A stretch of 64,000 bases of DNA from the NCBI RefSeq assembly GCF_964188315.1, contig NC_135656.1, forward strand, positions 122,016,001 through 122,080,000, in the 5' to 3' direction. The notes beneath the pieces were generated by a model. That model was not told the DNA's origin. It did no database searches and saw nothing but the letters and a program-made list of their open reading frames with translations. The position numbers and the translations under genes were made by a program. Shown here in pieces: positions 10,364 to 23,400 of the stretch. The DNA comes from Podarcis muralis. Taxonomy: Eukaryota. Position 1 is the stretch's first letter. Every line of letters begins with the position of its first letter.

Positions 10364-13300
10364 ATAATAATAATAGTTCCCAATATACCTGAGGTCTTTC
10401 AGAATAGATTTTTCCTTCAGCTGAGCAGCCTGAGAAATAGGTTGCGTCCAAGAGCCTCTGTGTTGGGGTTGGGAAGGGAATTCCACCTCCTCTCAGAGTC
10501 CTGCTCCAAGCTATGGCTGCGGCTGCGGTTGTGGCAGCTACCCGACAGGCTGCAGACTTGCAGGCCTGGAACTGCATGAGGCAGGCTTGTGACCCTCAAA
10601 CAGGGTGAGAAAGGAAAGTTTGGTTTGGCGGAGTTCCCCCTCTGAATGAGAGTCAGTGGGAGGAAAGTAGCTAGGGGATCTAACATCTTCTTCCGACAGT
10701 GTGGGGCATGTCTAATAATGTGCCTTAGATTAGTATTCTGTGGCCTAATCCCCCAAGTGTAAACGGGGTGAATGGAAATGATTTAATACTTTCAGGTGGG
10801 CAGGTAGCAGGGCGTGGTCAATATGCTGCCCCAATTCTTGTGGTGGTGGGCAGGGGAAAGCATAGCTGGAGTGGGGAGGGGGTTGGCCACCATCAGGGGT
10901 GGAGGCCTAGGTGTTTGGTCTCTGTTCCTTGTTCCACCCCTCTCACACCACCAGAGCAGTCCATGTTAAAACCATGCTCTTTCAAGATTTGACCGTACAT
11001 GAGAGGACTGATCTGACTTGCGTTACTAAGAACTTTCTGGCCCTAAGAGCTGTTCAACAGTGGAACAGTCTCCACCATCTCCTTGACCAGGGAGCCTCTT
11101 CACCTTGTAATGGATTTGTGAAGAAACTTTGGAACTTCTTACATGGCGTAGAATTCTATCTTGCTATAACTTTGGAATGCTTTCTTGTCTTTGATATTAG
11201 GAAAGTGAGATATGATGATTATGATGGAAATAATTATGATTGTATACCTAGGAATGTATATGAATGGAGATTTAATATGAATGTCATTTCTTTTTGAGGA
11301 ATCTTTAGTCTTCTCTTTGAAAGGGTGACATGATTATTGCTAGCAGTCCATAGTCCAGCAGATCAAGGTAACTATTGAAAGGTCTATCAATTCTGTATCA
11401 TTCATTTTGACCTACAGTATTTTATAACCTTATTTATCTCCTCTTTTTTAATGCTTGGTAAATTTCTGTTAATTAAAGGAAATGGATCTATGAATCTGTC
11501 ATTGAACTGATTTTCATTTAAAATGGAACAATATCTCTCCAGATCATTAGAGAATAAAAATGAATACCTGTGATTTTTGGACCTTTTCATCTTCCAACCT
11601 GTTCTGTCCCACCATCACCACCCTCTTGGACCTAGAGGAGTACGCAGCATTTAAGGCATGGGCCAGAGCTCGGACCGTGTTGTAAATGCTGTAAGTGTCC
11701 TGAAACACGCTCCTTTCAAGGACATCCTGAGGGAAACCTGAAAAGTTCTCCTTCACTTTGCATCGCTTCTGGCCTTTCACAGAAAACACATGCTTTAAAT
11801 ATAAGCAATGATAGCGTTGAAACCAAGATTTATTGAAATCACTAATGATGCTGTAAACCGGCAGAATACCCTCGTGTTTTGATCTCTTTTTCGTCTGGAT
11901 AAACAAAGAAAAATATCCATTAATGCATTTGTACTGAAGGAATTTGGGAAGCATGTTGGAGCTAGCATATGAGAAAGCTATTGTGATCCAAACTTTCCCA
12001 GTAATGGGTTCCAGGGTTCCACCCACTGTGTGAAGTACCATTCCAGCTTCAGTGCTGGACTGAGATTCCCCATAGTAAAGAAACACATGGATTCTCCTGT
12101 CCGTGGAAAGTGAAATCTTCTTCATGAGCTTTGTGTACTCATCTGGTTTAAACACATTTTCTCGTGAAATGGTTTGTGAGAAAGCAAGGCAGACACCATC
12201 CTTAGCAAGCGTAGATGCCAGGGTGCTCAGAAACCTTTCTCCATTGTCAGAGTCAGGAGCTAGGAGCCCGATCCAAGTCCACCTGAAATGCAGGAGTAGT
12301 TTGATAATCCCTGAGCCTGGGGGTTCTTCATTTGGGGTCATTCGGTAGAGCAAAGGAGATTGTGTTTTGTCAAGGGCATGATGGACAGGAGCATAACTGA
12401 CCTAGGAAGAAAAGGAAGATATAGAGAGTTTTCTACTGTTATTATTTTGTTCAGGGGAGGGTTCAATTTTTAGATCACCTGCGTGTTAGTTTCACATGAG
12501 TTTCGTTCCTTAGATTTGTTTTTCTGCCAGATATTTATTTATTCTCCATCACAGCAGGTTACCAAAATAGGCTTGTGTGAAGCCATCCCTGAGGTGTCTT
12601 CTGGAGGCTGCATTTCTGTCCCACCCCGTGATGTATGATTCATGCCCCGTGTAAACGGCTATTTTCCTATACAAAGAGGTGCCAGAACTCACCATAAACA
12701 CCTCCTTTGTCTACTTATAAAGTGCCGCATGGAGAGAGAGAAAAGCCCCTTCTCCCTTTGTAAGTCTAAAGCAGCTCACAGTACTGAACTTCTTATTGCA
12801 GCTTCTGAGAGGCATCTGTCCTTGCAAAAGGCTTAATCCCACTTTAGACTACTACTCTGATGGTGACTTTCTTTGTGAAACCCTTCTTCACCCAGCAGGA
12901 CAAATCCTTCAACATAAGGAGAACCTCCTGGATCAGGCCAATGGCCCATCTAGTCCAACATCCTCTTCTCACAGTGGCCAACCAGCTGCTTGTAGGAAAC
13001 CAGCAAGCACAGCATGAGCACAAATGCACTCTGCCCTCATCTGATTCCCAGCAACTCAGCACCCAGAAGCATTGGTGCCTCCAACTAGGGATGTAGATCA
13101 CAGTCATCATGCCTAGCATCCATTGATAGCCCTTGCCTTCATGAATTGGTTTAATTCACTCTTTGAACCTTCACTGCCTCCTCTGGGATTGAGTTTCATA
13201 GGTTGCTTCCTATTCAAAGAAGTGGCTGTTCTCTCCAATGCTAGTGTATTCATACCTGGGGGATTTTGTAGGTTCCCAGCATAGTTGAAATCTGGAGTGA

Positions 13301-14420
13301 GGTGTCAGAGTTGACCCCTTCAATGAAAACCAAGGGCTTCTTCTCTCTTCCGCAGTGGTAGTTTGGGACATTGGCCCTCCCAGGAGAGAGAAGATCTAGC
13401 GTGGCATCATAGGTCATACTTGCATCAAAATAATTCTCATAGATGTCATAGCCCAGGGTGATGTTGGGTGAGATCCCGGGATCCTGATTAATCTCATGGA
13501 TGGCGATCATGAAGGACAGGAGATTCCAGTATGCTACCATACCTGCTACCCTGCAACAAAGCATGAAGCCTCCAGTCAGTCTCCATTCAGTGAAAAGTGT
13601 CAAGTCCCTGCTTTCTTAATCCTGTAAGAAATTTCAGCCACTAGAATGAAGCAAAATAGAGCGTCCTCATCACATAATCAGTCATCTGTGGGTTTGTTGG
13701 AAGGTGAATGGCTGCTTGCCAGTCAAAGGGAGATAGAAGCAGGGCAGGTGAACTATACTGGCTGCCAGTTGATTTCTAGACCCAATTCTACGTGATTACA
13801 TGGTAACTTAATAAATAGATTGCTACAAGTTAATAGCTATAGTCCTGATCCTTTCAGGGGGAGTGGAAATCATGGCATTTTCACATCTCCGGTGTCAAGA
13901 ATTTGGGACACAGATAATCTCTGACTTTTCATGATTCACCTTCAAGTTGTTTTTTTCCAGTGGAAAAAAGAAAGGAGGGAAGCAATGCACATATATTTTG
14001 TGTCTTCAGTGTGCAAGTTCTAGAAAGCAGGACTTCTCCCTGGCAAATAAGTATGACAGGCTTGGACAATCACACTTGAGCATCATAGTATTAAGCAAGA
14101 TGCTACGCATATGCCGACCCATTAATCACAATTTTTGTCTGCTATGCAGAAATTGCATGGGGAAAGTACAGCTTACACATGAAAGAAAATGTAGGGGCTG
14201 TGAGGAAATTGTGTTCAGGATGAAATATTTGTAATGTAGATATGACCCCGCTTATCAGGTGGTCTCCTGGCTCGTAATAATTCGTTGCCCCTGGACTATC
14301 CCTTTCCAAGTTCAATGGGCATTTTCCTTTCCATATTCCAGAGGTTGCACAGGGAAGCAGAAGCAGCAGAAGCAGCAGCAACATCAATAAGAGCATCCCT
14401 CTGGGTCTGCCTCCTGCCAT
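7258..14420 (-). CDS. V2R gene B, 6 exons, ~876-878 aa
   Basis: Exons: 14420-14177/14179, 13550/13542-13256, 12401-11568 (834 nt), 9665-9438 (228), 8513-8387 (127), 8168-7258 (911). Venus-flytrap domain, 9-Cys domain (SRC..SC..CC.DC.PC..HC.KC..QC) and 7TM with KANNRDLSY and [11 protein letters not shown]. The exon 1/2 junction needs a shifted splice site; intron 5 is GC-AG. Confidence 0.88.
8787..9153 (+). mobile_element. Sauria SINE (old, degenerate)
   Basis: GGTGGCGCTGTGG head, CTGCCAACCTAGCAG and GTAGATAAATAGGTACCG core, ACCTTT-type tail. Confidence 0.8.
9778..10019 (+). mobile_element. Tc1/mariner-superfamily (pogo/Tigger-like) MITE
   Basis: TIRs CAGTGGTACCTC(A/G)GGTTA, flanked by TA on both sides. 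Confidence 0.85.
10022..10375 (+). mobile_element. L2 LINE 3' end with (AGT)n(AAT)n tail
   Basis: CAAGTTACAGGGAACCAGGCAGAGGGCCTTCTCGGTAGTGGCA...GAAGACATCTGAAGGCAGCCC...CCCAGCCAGATGGG. Confidence 0.75.
12910..13235 (-). mobile_element. CR1 fragment in intron 2 of gene B
   Basis: Paralog of 793-1125. Confidence 0.65.
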
Positions 14421-14589
14421 TTCGTCTGTCCTCACTGCTCTCAACGTAGCAAGAAGCGAATTATATGAAGTCCAAAGCCTCCAGCAAAACTGAGACCCCA
14501 GTGACATTGCGAGGAAAGGGATGAAATGACACTTTCACACTGGCAGAATCCCTGCCTGCCTGGACGATAAGTCAAAGCCCTCCATGGCA

Positions 14590-14785
14590 CAAGAGGTCTT
14601 TAAATATGCAGCAGGCATTTCAAGCTCTCATTTCTGGAATATCTGTTCTTTGTGTCAAAAGTGGGTACATTGTGTGAGTTTTTCCAAGGAAAAAATCACT
14701 ATGATTATGATAATTATGCAGAGAATATACATCTCTGGAATCACTGTGGAGCTTGAGCAGCAGCTGCAGAGCTGGAAGAAAACAT
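14590..14785 (-). promoter_or_regulatory. Putative core promoter of V2R B
   Basis: TATTTAAA at 14606-14599; AAATCACTATG at 14693-14703; E-box CAGCTG at 14761-14766. Confidence 0.5.
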
Positions 14786-15447
14786 CACAATCTGTTTTCT
14801 GATGCTCTAGAGGGTAGGACTTGAACCAGTGGCTTCAAGTTAAGGGAAAGGAGACTCCAACTAAAAATCAGGAAAAACTTTCTGACAGTAAGACTGTTTG
14901 AGAGTGGAATGGTCCCCCTTGGGAGGTTGTGGACTTGCCTTCCTTGGAAGTTTTTAAGCAGAGTTTGGATGGGCATCTGTCTTGGGTGCGTTAGCTGAGA
15001 TTCCTGCATTGCAGGGGGTTAGACTAGATGACCCTTGGAGTCCCTTCCAACTCGATAATTCTATGTTCGCAAGATCTCACTGATGTGGCGACATGTTGTG
15101 GAAAAGGTCAGAGGGGAAAGTGATCCTTGAATGACTTTTATTTAAGATACACCACCAGATAAGCCAGGATCACGCTATATTTCAGGACATTTTTGGGCCT
15201 ATGTGCCCATCTGTAAACCCAAGAGGCAGTCCCATCGCTCACACCCCACAACCTATTCTACTAGCTACAGCATAATGCTGCTTTCACAAATAATGTCAAG
15301 GATGGGAGAAGGGATCCCTGTTGGCATCAAAGGTGTGGTTTGGGGGCACATGGGCCTATGAACTGCTTTGAAGGGATGATAATGGGCACTTGTTGTTTTC
15401 TGGTAGCTAACATGTGAGTGTTTAACCTTAGATAAGTGACAAAGGTA

Positions 15448-15770
15448 GGTAAAGGTAAAGGGACCGGACCATGAGGTCCTGTCGTGACTGACTCTGGGGT
15501 TGCAGCGCTCATCTCGCTTCCAGGTCATGTGGGCAGCATGACTAAGCCGCTTCTGACGAACGAGAGCAGCTCACGGAAACACCGTTTACCTTCCCGCCAG
15601 ATTGGTACCTATTTATCTAATTGCACTTTGAAGTGCTTTCGAACTGCTAGGTTGGCAGGAGCAGGGACCGTGCAATGGGAGCTCACCCCGTCACGGGGAT
15701 TCGAACCGCTGACCTTCTGATCAGCAAGTCCTAGGCTCTGTGGTTTAACCCACAGTGCCACCCGCATCCC
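15448..15770 (-). mobile_element. Sauria SINE
   Basis: Full head-to-(ACCTTT)n body; TSD AG(T/G)GACAAAGGTA at 15435-15447 and 15776-15788; same insertion site as 26075-26410. Confidence 0.9.
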
Positions 15771-16456
15771 TTACAAGGGACAAAGGTATTGAATTGCAAA
15801 TCACCATTTTGAAAGAGTCTTTTTTTCTCCAGGTTCTGTGAGAGTATGGGTGTAAATGAAGTTCTCCAGGTGAACAGCCTCAGGCTAAATGGAGGCTGTA
15901 AGGAAAGGAGATATTTTCTTATAGGTCTGTTTGGAATTTTATTTTCTTTCTAAGATATGGACTTGCACAATATTCCGTATTGCATGGAATTATTTGGGTG
16001 TATCTTTGATGTTTTTGTTCTGTTTTGAAGAAAGTTCTGCAAGTAATGTTTTGAACAATGGGTCCAGACAATGCCTTATTTCAAAAGGAGTCGGTTTTTT
16101 ATGCAACCCGTAACTGCAGCTGGCTCCTGCCCACCTGGCTATGCCCATGATAGGGGGATTAGTGGTAGCTTTGCTGTCTAGCAGAATATCAGAGTTTACC
16201 TGCTTTCTATTGGTCAGCCCTTTCCAGAGTTTTTTGCTTAAGAAAACTCATTTGCCCCTCGGTTCAGTTCAAAGTATAGAGTGTTTATTGTCTCGTGGAA
16301 AGCATAAACAGACTAGATGCAAATACTTTAAGAGAAGCTGGTACATCATGAACTCATCTTCTACAATACAGTTCTTCTGGTCGTAGAAGTAAACTTTGTA
16401 AAGATAGAAGTATACAGAGAGTGGCAGGGGCAACCAGATGGGTGGGATATAAATAA

Positions 16457-16513
<57 letters not shown>

Positions 16514-17232
16514 CCACTAGGACTTTCCCATGCTAGTTCACTGGGTCTTAAGCACTAACGTGAGCAGTGAAATCTGAGCTTCCACTGACAATGTTGCTGG
16601 ACCCCAAAGCTGTGGACCTCATCCACCCAGAGGAGTGCAGCCCCTTTAAGCTCAGGCCATCTTCCCACTCAAGAACATGGAAGATAGAACATCTCTAAGT
16701 TTTCAGAATTCGTCTTCAGTTTCCTAATACCTTTAGAAGCAGATTATTTTGAGTATCTGCAAAAACAAAAAAGGGGTTAGAAGCAATACATTGGGAGCTT
16801 AAGGTTTAAACCCTAACCCTAACCCATATTTACACAGAGCCAAATCCACTTACTTCTGTACAAAAGGAAGAAAATGTCAGACCCTGTGCGCAGCATATAT
16901 GTTACATATACAAATTTATTTGTGGGGGGAAAGATCATGCAACAGTGGTCAGGGTGACATAGATATAAAGATCACCCGGGCATATTAAGATGTTTTTTTT
17001 AAAAATCAAGTTCTGAAAAGGGGTTCCTATTTAGTGATACATTAAATCAAAAGGGACTCTGACAGTCCTGGGATGACTGCGCATTCACTTTGGAAATGAC
17101 ATGTTAGGTTTTGGATAGATTAAAAAATAGTTACAAGAGCAGATCATAATAAACACCTGAAAGGGAAATAGCTTCTTCTCATAAGTATTGTGCTGCGCGC
17201 AGATTCCCTTGGTGGGAAAAGTGCATTAAGAA

Positions 17233-20200
17233 TCAAATTCCATCTTTTGTTTTTGTTGTCAGGTGATCCTTTGTGTTCAGATCAGGCCTCAGTACAATAA
17301 TGTAACACTTGGGAATGAAGATGCAGCCCAGGAGCCCACCACTGGAGGCCAACATAGAGAAGACCTGCACGGCTACCATGTATTTCCCCTTGGTGCTCAG
17401 GTAGGTGGGAACAAAGGACACCCAAACACTGCAGAAGACCAGCATGCTGAAGGTGATCAGCTTGGCTTCATTGAAGGCTCCAGGCAGTTTCCTGGCTAGG
17501 AAAGCCACCGTGAAGCAGATGGCAGCCAGGAAGCCCAGGGAGCCGAGGGCACCATAAAACATGGCAGAAGACCCTACATTACATTGCAGGATAATCTCGG
17601 CAGGTTGGGAGTGCATGTCTGAGTCTGGGAATGGAGGAGAGGTACTCAGCCAGGTGGTGCAGATGAGAACTTGGACACTGGAACAGGAAAGGACAACAGC
17701 ATTGGCCAGAGTCTTCCCCAGCCATTTCTTCACCCTGTTCCCTGGCTTTGTGGCCAGGAAAGCCAGCACAACAGTAATGGTTTTGGCCAACAAAGAAGAG
17801 ACCGCAACTGAGAAGATGAGGACAAATGTCATTTGTTGGAGTAGACAGGTGGCTTTTCTTGGCTGGCCAATGAAGAGCAAGGAGGACAAAAAGGAGAGCA
17901 AGATGGATACAAGGAGGATGTAGGAAAGGTCCCTGTTGTTGGCTTTGACTATGGGAGTTTCTGAGTATTTAATGAAAATTCCTAACACCAAGCATGTGAT
18001 TAAGGCGCATAACAAGGTAAAGGAAGACAAGAGAATCCCCAAATAGTCTTCATAGGACAGGAATGTGATAATCTTGGGAACACATTGATCTCGGTCCTTG
18101 TTTGAGTGCTGATCTTCCGGACATTTGGTGCAGTGGTCTGCATCTGAAAGGAAGATGAGTGACTTCAGTACCCAGGGTCTCAACCAAGGGACATTCCCAG
18201 CCCCAGCGGGAGATACTATGACTTGAATTGGCAATCTGTCGCATGCAAAGCAGATATCCCAACCTTGGGTAAAGGTTTTATTGGGGCTGGGGAGAAATAA
18301 AATGATACTGTTTTGGACAAGATTACAAAAGTTGCCCTATTCCTTCTCTCACTTGCCTTCCACAGTGGAGATGGTCCCTTTTACACAGGGAGCACAATCA
18401 AAGCAGCAAAGTGGCTCTCCTTCCCGGATGACCTTGACATCCCCAATATGACAGCTCTCAGCACATCTGGATTGAGGGACAGTCTGCCCATAAAGAAAGA
18501 TGGTCAGGAGTTAGTAGTATTGTGGGATGTAACGGTGCAGTCAGGTGCAACATTCCGACAGAGGACTAACGGCCTCCAGGTTCTCACCGGTTGCTGTGAC
18601 AACCAGTTTGTCGGTTGCTGGTAGTTTTGCAAATAATTTTTATTAAGTTTCCATTTACCAAACCAATCATATCCTATCATATTAATTATTTCAAATTATA
18701 TCAATACATATCACAAAGTCCAAACATTAAACCAAATTAAAAAAAATTGTGAGGGGTACCCATGCTTTGAGTTCGGTAGGAGTCCAATCATCTTTGTATT
18801 TCTGCTACTTTGGTGTTCACATTCCTATCTTCTCATCTCCTTGTCATTATCCTTTTTCTTCTTAATAACCTCCGAGTTGTCTCCACAAGTGAGTTGAAAG
18901 AAACAGCCTTGTTTATATTCCTGTGTGAACTTTGTAATGCTCTCCCGTAATTCATCTCACATAGATCCAAGATTCTAAGAGTCCTGTTCAAGCGGCAGTC
19001 GCCATTTTAGCCAGTTCCGATGAAATACAGTCTCGGCGTCCGCTCTTTAATTTCCCCAGACCCTTTGCACCTTATATCAGTCTTTCCAGAAGGGTTATTG
19101 CCCTTTCAGATTTACGATCCAAATCTAAGAGCAGAACAGTGGCTCACCCCCCCTAAAACTGAAAGTCTTGCAACTGGGTCTGCCTCTTAATGGTGGATCG
19201 CTTTTATAACTACGCAACAAGAAAGCCTCCCTTCTTTCCAGATCTTTCACAGAGTAACACCTTTTATTAACATTTTTTTGTTTCCACACAGTTTGTTTTT
19301 CAATCTCACTTGCTATCAGACATTGTGACAGTTCTTCAAGGGGGGGGGGGGTTGTTAGGTAAATCATATTGAAAAAGAAGAAAGTTCCGCTCCGTTCAAC
19401 ATACTGTCATGGCTGTGCTTCCTTGATGTAATCCTTTGTTCATTCCGTACCATCGCTCAATCTTCTCAGTGGTAGATTTATTTAGCAGATAATACACTCC
19501 TGACCTTGCTCGAAGCATGTGCATTTACTTCAACAATTTTTCTCTCTCTTAAACAACGCAACTAGTTTCGCTCCTGAAAGTAGCGTCCGGGAGTTCCAGA
19601 GCTCGCACAAGGGCTTTCCACGCAGTGTCCCCACCCCCTCCATCTTTCGAACTCGAGGGTGATTTATGGACAACCGCGGGCGAGTACAGCATCTTCCCAC
19701 CCCCTGGGAAGATGAGGGAGACTGATATACTCCCCATAATCAGCCTCTAATTACCTCGTGCGAGCCGGATAGATGCTATTGTCGGCCATCTTCCAAGGCG
19801 CCCCTAGCGCCCCCCCCCCCCCGGTTGCTGGTAGTTTTCAAAGATAACTGCTGAGTTGCAGTCACCTTAGGACCAACTTCCCTCTGGTATAGTTCATTTG
19901 CCTGTTATGTAACCTAAACCTGCCTTCAGGTACACTTCTGTAAACCTGAATGAATCTGAGAGTAAAATAGTTTTATATTACAAGAATCAGATTTGTGTGT
20001 GTATTCCTATAGAGGGATTCTAAGGGATTTTTAACTCTCCTAAAGTAAACCTTCCCACAGGTATGTCTATCTATGTAATAATACTGGAGCCAATACTCCC
20101 AGCTCCTGCCACCTAGCAGTTTGAAAGCATACTAGTTCATGTAGATAAATAGATACTGCTGCTGTGGGAAGGTAAACGGCATTTCCGTACGCTCTGGTGT

Positions 20201-20437
20201 CCTGTTGCGCCAGAAGCGGTTTAGTCAGTCTGGCCAAATGAGCCAGAAAATCTGTCTACAGACAAATGCCAGCTCCCTTGGCCTGAAAGCAGAGATGAGT
20301 GCCACACCCCATAGTTGGATTTGACTGGATTGCACTTGATTGAACTTTACATTTCCTATATTGTTCAGGGAATTTTAAACAAAAATAGATTGTGAAGACC
20401 TCCAAAAGAACCTCTCTAAACTTGAGTGATTATTATT

Positions 20438-20488
<51 letters not shown>

Positions 20489-23400
20489 TCATTATTTATA
20501 CCCCACTCATCTGGCTGGGTTTCCCCAGCCACGCTGGGTGGCTGCCAATAAAATATTAAATAACAATAGTCAATCTGTAGATGGATTAAGCAATAAATTG
20601 GGAAATATAATTCAAAGCAAACAAGTGTGAAGTGATGCAGGTTGAGGCAAAAAATATTACTTTCATAAATATGCTCTGGGAGTTGAAGTGGGAGTGACTC
20701 TTCCTACAAAACTAAAAGCCCCTTTCAATCCAATATCCTCTGTTTTCTTTTTCTTTTTTGGATCATAGTCAAATGTATCTGAATGATTTAACCCACCTTA
20801 TTAAACCAAAGGGGCCACAAGATGGCATCCTGATCAATGGTGAATTTTACGTCTGCGGATCCTTCTCTCTCCATACTCCCAACTTTCCCTACGTGAAGGG
20901 AGTCATTGGCAAGCATCACAATGTTCACCACATCAAAATCAGCTGTCAGGTCCCCATTGTCATCTAAATATGCTCCACCCATAGAAGCATTGTAGAACTG
21001 AAAATCACTCAGGAAACGGTGAAACTAGAATGACAGAGAAGATCACAGCATTTAAGAAAGTTGGCTATTCCCACCCAGGTGTTTCACATATTATCAAGGC
21101 ACCTAGTGGCCATGGAGGGTTTTTCTATTTAATGTTCCCAATATACCGTATTTTTCGCCCCATAGGATGCACTTTTCCCCTCCAAAAATGAAGGGGAAAG
21201 GTGTGTGCATCCTATGGGGTGAATGCAAACGTTTGCTGATGCCTGGAGAGCGAGAGGGGTCGGTGCGCACTGACCCCTCTCGCTCTCCAGGCTTTGCGCA
21301 GCTCTCCGAAATGTCATTTCCATTTGATAAATCTTTAGTCTTCTCTTTGAAAGGATCACATTATTATTGCTACAGTCCATAGTCCAGCAGATCAAGGTAA
21401 CTATTGAAGGGCCTATCAATTCCATATCAATCATTTTTACCTACAGTATTTTATAACCTTATTTATTTCTATTTATTGATTGGTTCATTTCTGTTAAGGG
21501 ACGCGGGTGGCGCTGTGGGTAAAAGCCTCAGCGCCTAGGGCTTGCCGATCGAAAGGTTGGCGGTTCGAATCCCCGCGGCGGGGTGCGCTCCCGCTGCTCG
21601 GTCCCAGCGCCTGCCAACCTAGCAGTTCGAAAGCAGCCCTGGGTGCAAGTAGATAAATAGGGACCGCTTACTAGCGGGAAGGTAAACAGCGTTTCCGTGT
21701 GTGGCTCTGGCTCGCCAGAGCAGCGATGTCACGCTGGCCACGTGACTCGGAAGTGTCTCCGGACAGCGCTGGCCCCCGGCCTCTAGAGTGAGATGGGCGC
21801 ACAACCCTAGAGTCTGTCAAGACTGGCCCGTACGGGCAGGGGTAACTTTACCTTTACCTAATTTCTGTTAATTAAAGGAAATGGACCTACAAATCTGTCA
21901 TTGAACCGGACGTTATTTAAAATGGAACAAAATCCATCCAGATTATTAGAGAAGGAAAATGAATACCTGTGATGGTTGGACTTTTCCATCTTGCAACCTG
22001 TTCTGTCCCACCATCACCACCCTCTTGGGTCTAGAGGAGTACGCAGCATTTAAGGCATGGGCCAGAGCTCGGACCGTGTTGTAAATTCTGTAGGTGTCCT
22101 GAAACAGGCTCCTTTCAAGGACTTCTTGAGGGAAACCTGAAAGGTTCTCCTTCACTCTGCATCGCTTCTGGCCTTTCACAGAAAACAAATGCTTTGAATA
22201 TAAGCAATTATAGCATTGAAACCAAAATTTATCGAAATCACTAATGGTGTCATAAACTGGCAGATTACCATCGTGTTTTGATCTTTTTTTGCTCTGGATA
22301 AAGAAAGATAAATATCCATGAATGTGCTTGTTCTTAAGGATTTTGGGAGACATGTTGGAGCTGACATATGAGAGAGCTATTGTGATCCAAACTTTCCCAG
22401 TAATTGGTTCCAGGGTTCCGCCCACTATGTGAAGTAAAACTGCAGCTTCAATGGTGGACTGAGATTCCCCATAGGAAAGAAACACGTTGATTCGCCTGTC
22501 CATGGAAAGTGAAATCTTCTGCCAGAGCTTTCCGTTCCATTTTGCTATAAACAGATTGTCTCGTGAAAAGGTTTGTGAGAAGGCAACGCAGACACCATCC
22601 TTAGCAAGCGTAGATGCCAGGGTGCTCAGAAACCTTTCTCCATTGTCAGAGTCAGGAGCTATGAGCCCGATCCAAGTCCACCTGAAATGCAGGAGTAGCC
22701 TGACAATCCCTGAGCCTGGGGGTTCTTCATTTGGGGTCATTCGGTAGAGCAAAGGAGATTGTGTTTTGTCAAGGGCATGATGGACAGAAGCATAACTGAC
22801 CTAGGAAGAAAAGGAAGATATAGAGGGTTTATTTGGTCAACTGGAAATTGTGGTCATATTATGCTGTGCTTCTCTGTAAAGGAGATGTAGGGCACTTTGG
22901 GCAACAATACGCTCTTGTCAGTGACAGAAATAAATCAATTCATTCATTATAGACAACAATTTAATATGTCTTCAACATCGTTCTCTCCCTGAATGTTGTT
23001 ACCACACCCAATGGTACAGACTATGTAGAGTAAAGATATGTTGTATTTTCTACTGTTATTATTTTGTTCGGGGGAGGGTTCCATTTTTAGATCACCTGCG
23101 TGTTAGTTTCACATGAGTTTCGTTCCTTAGATTTGTTTTTCTGCCAAATATTTATTTATTCTCCATCACAGCAGGTTACCAAAATAGGCTTGTGTGAAGC
23201 CATCCCTGAGGTGTCTTCTGGAGGCTGCATTTCTGTCCCACCAAAGTAGGATTCATGCCCCATGTAAACTGCTATTTTCCTATAAAAAGAGGTGCCGGAA
23301 CTCACCATGAACACCTCCTTTGTCTACTTATAAAGTGCCAGATGGAGAGAGGAGAAAGCCCCTTCTCCCTTTGTAAGTCTAAAGCAGCTCACAGTACTGA

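Noticed and set aside
16269-16517. ORFs with poly-Tyr, poly-Ile or poly-Leu runs (also near 10262, 41386, 46379 and 62136)
   Set aside because: They are translations of (AAT)n/(ATT)n microsatellite tails.
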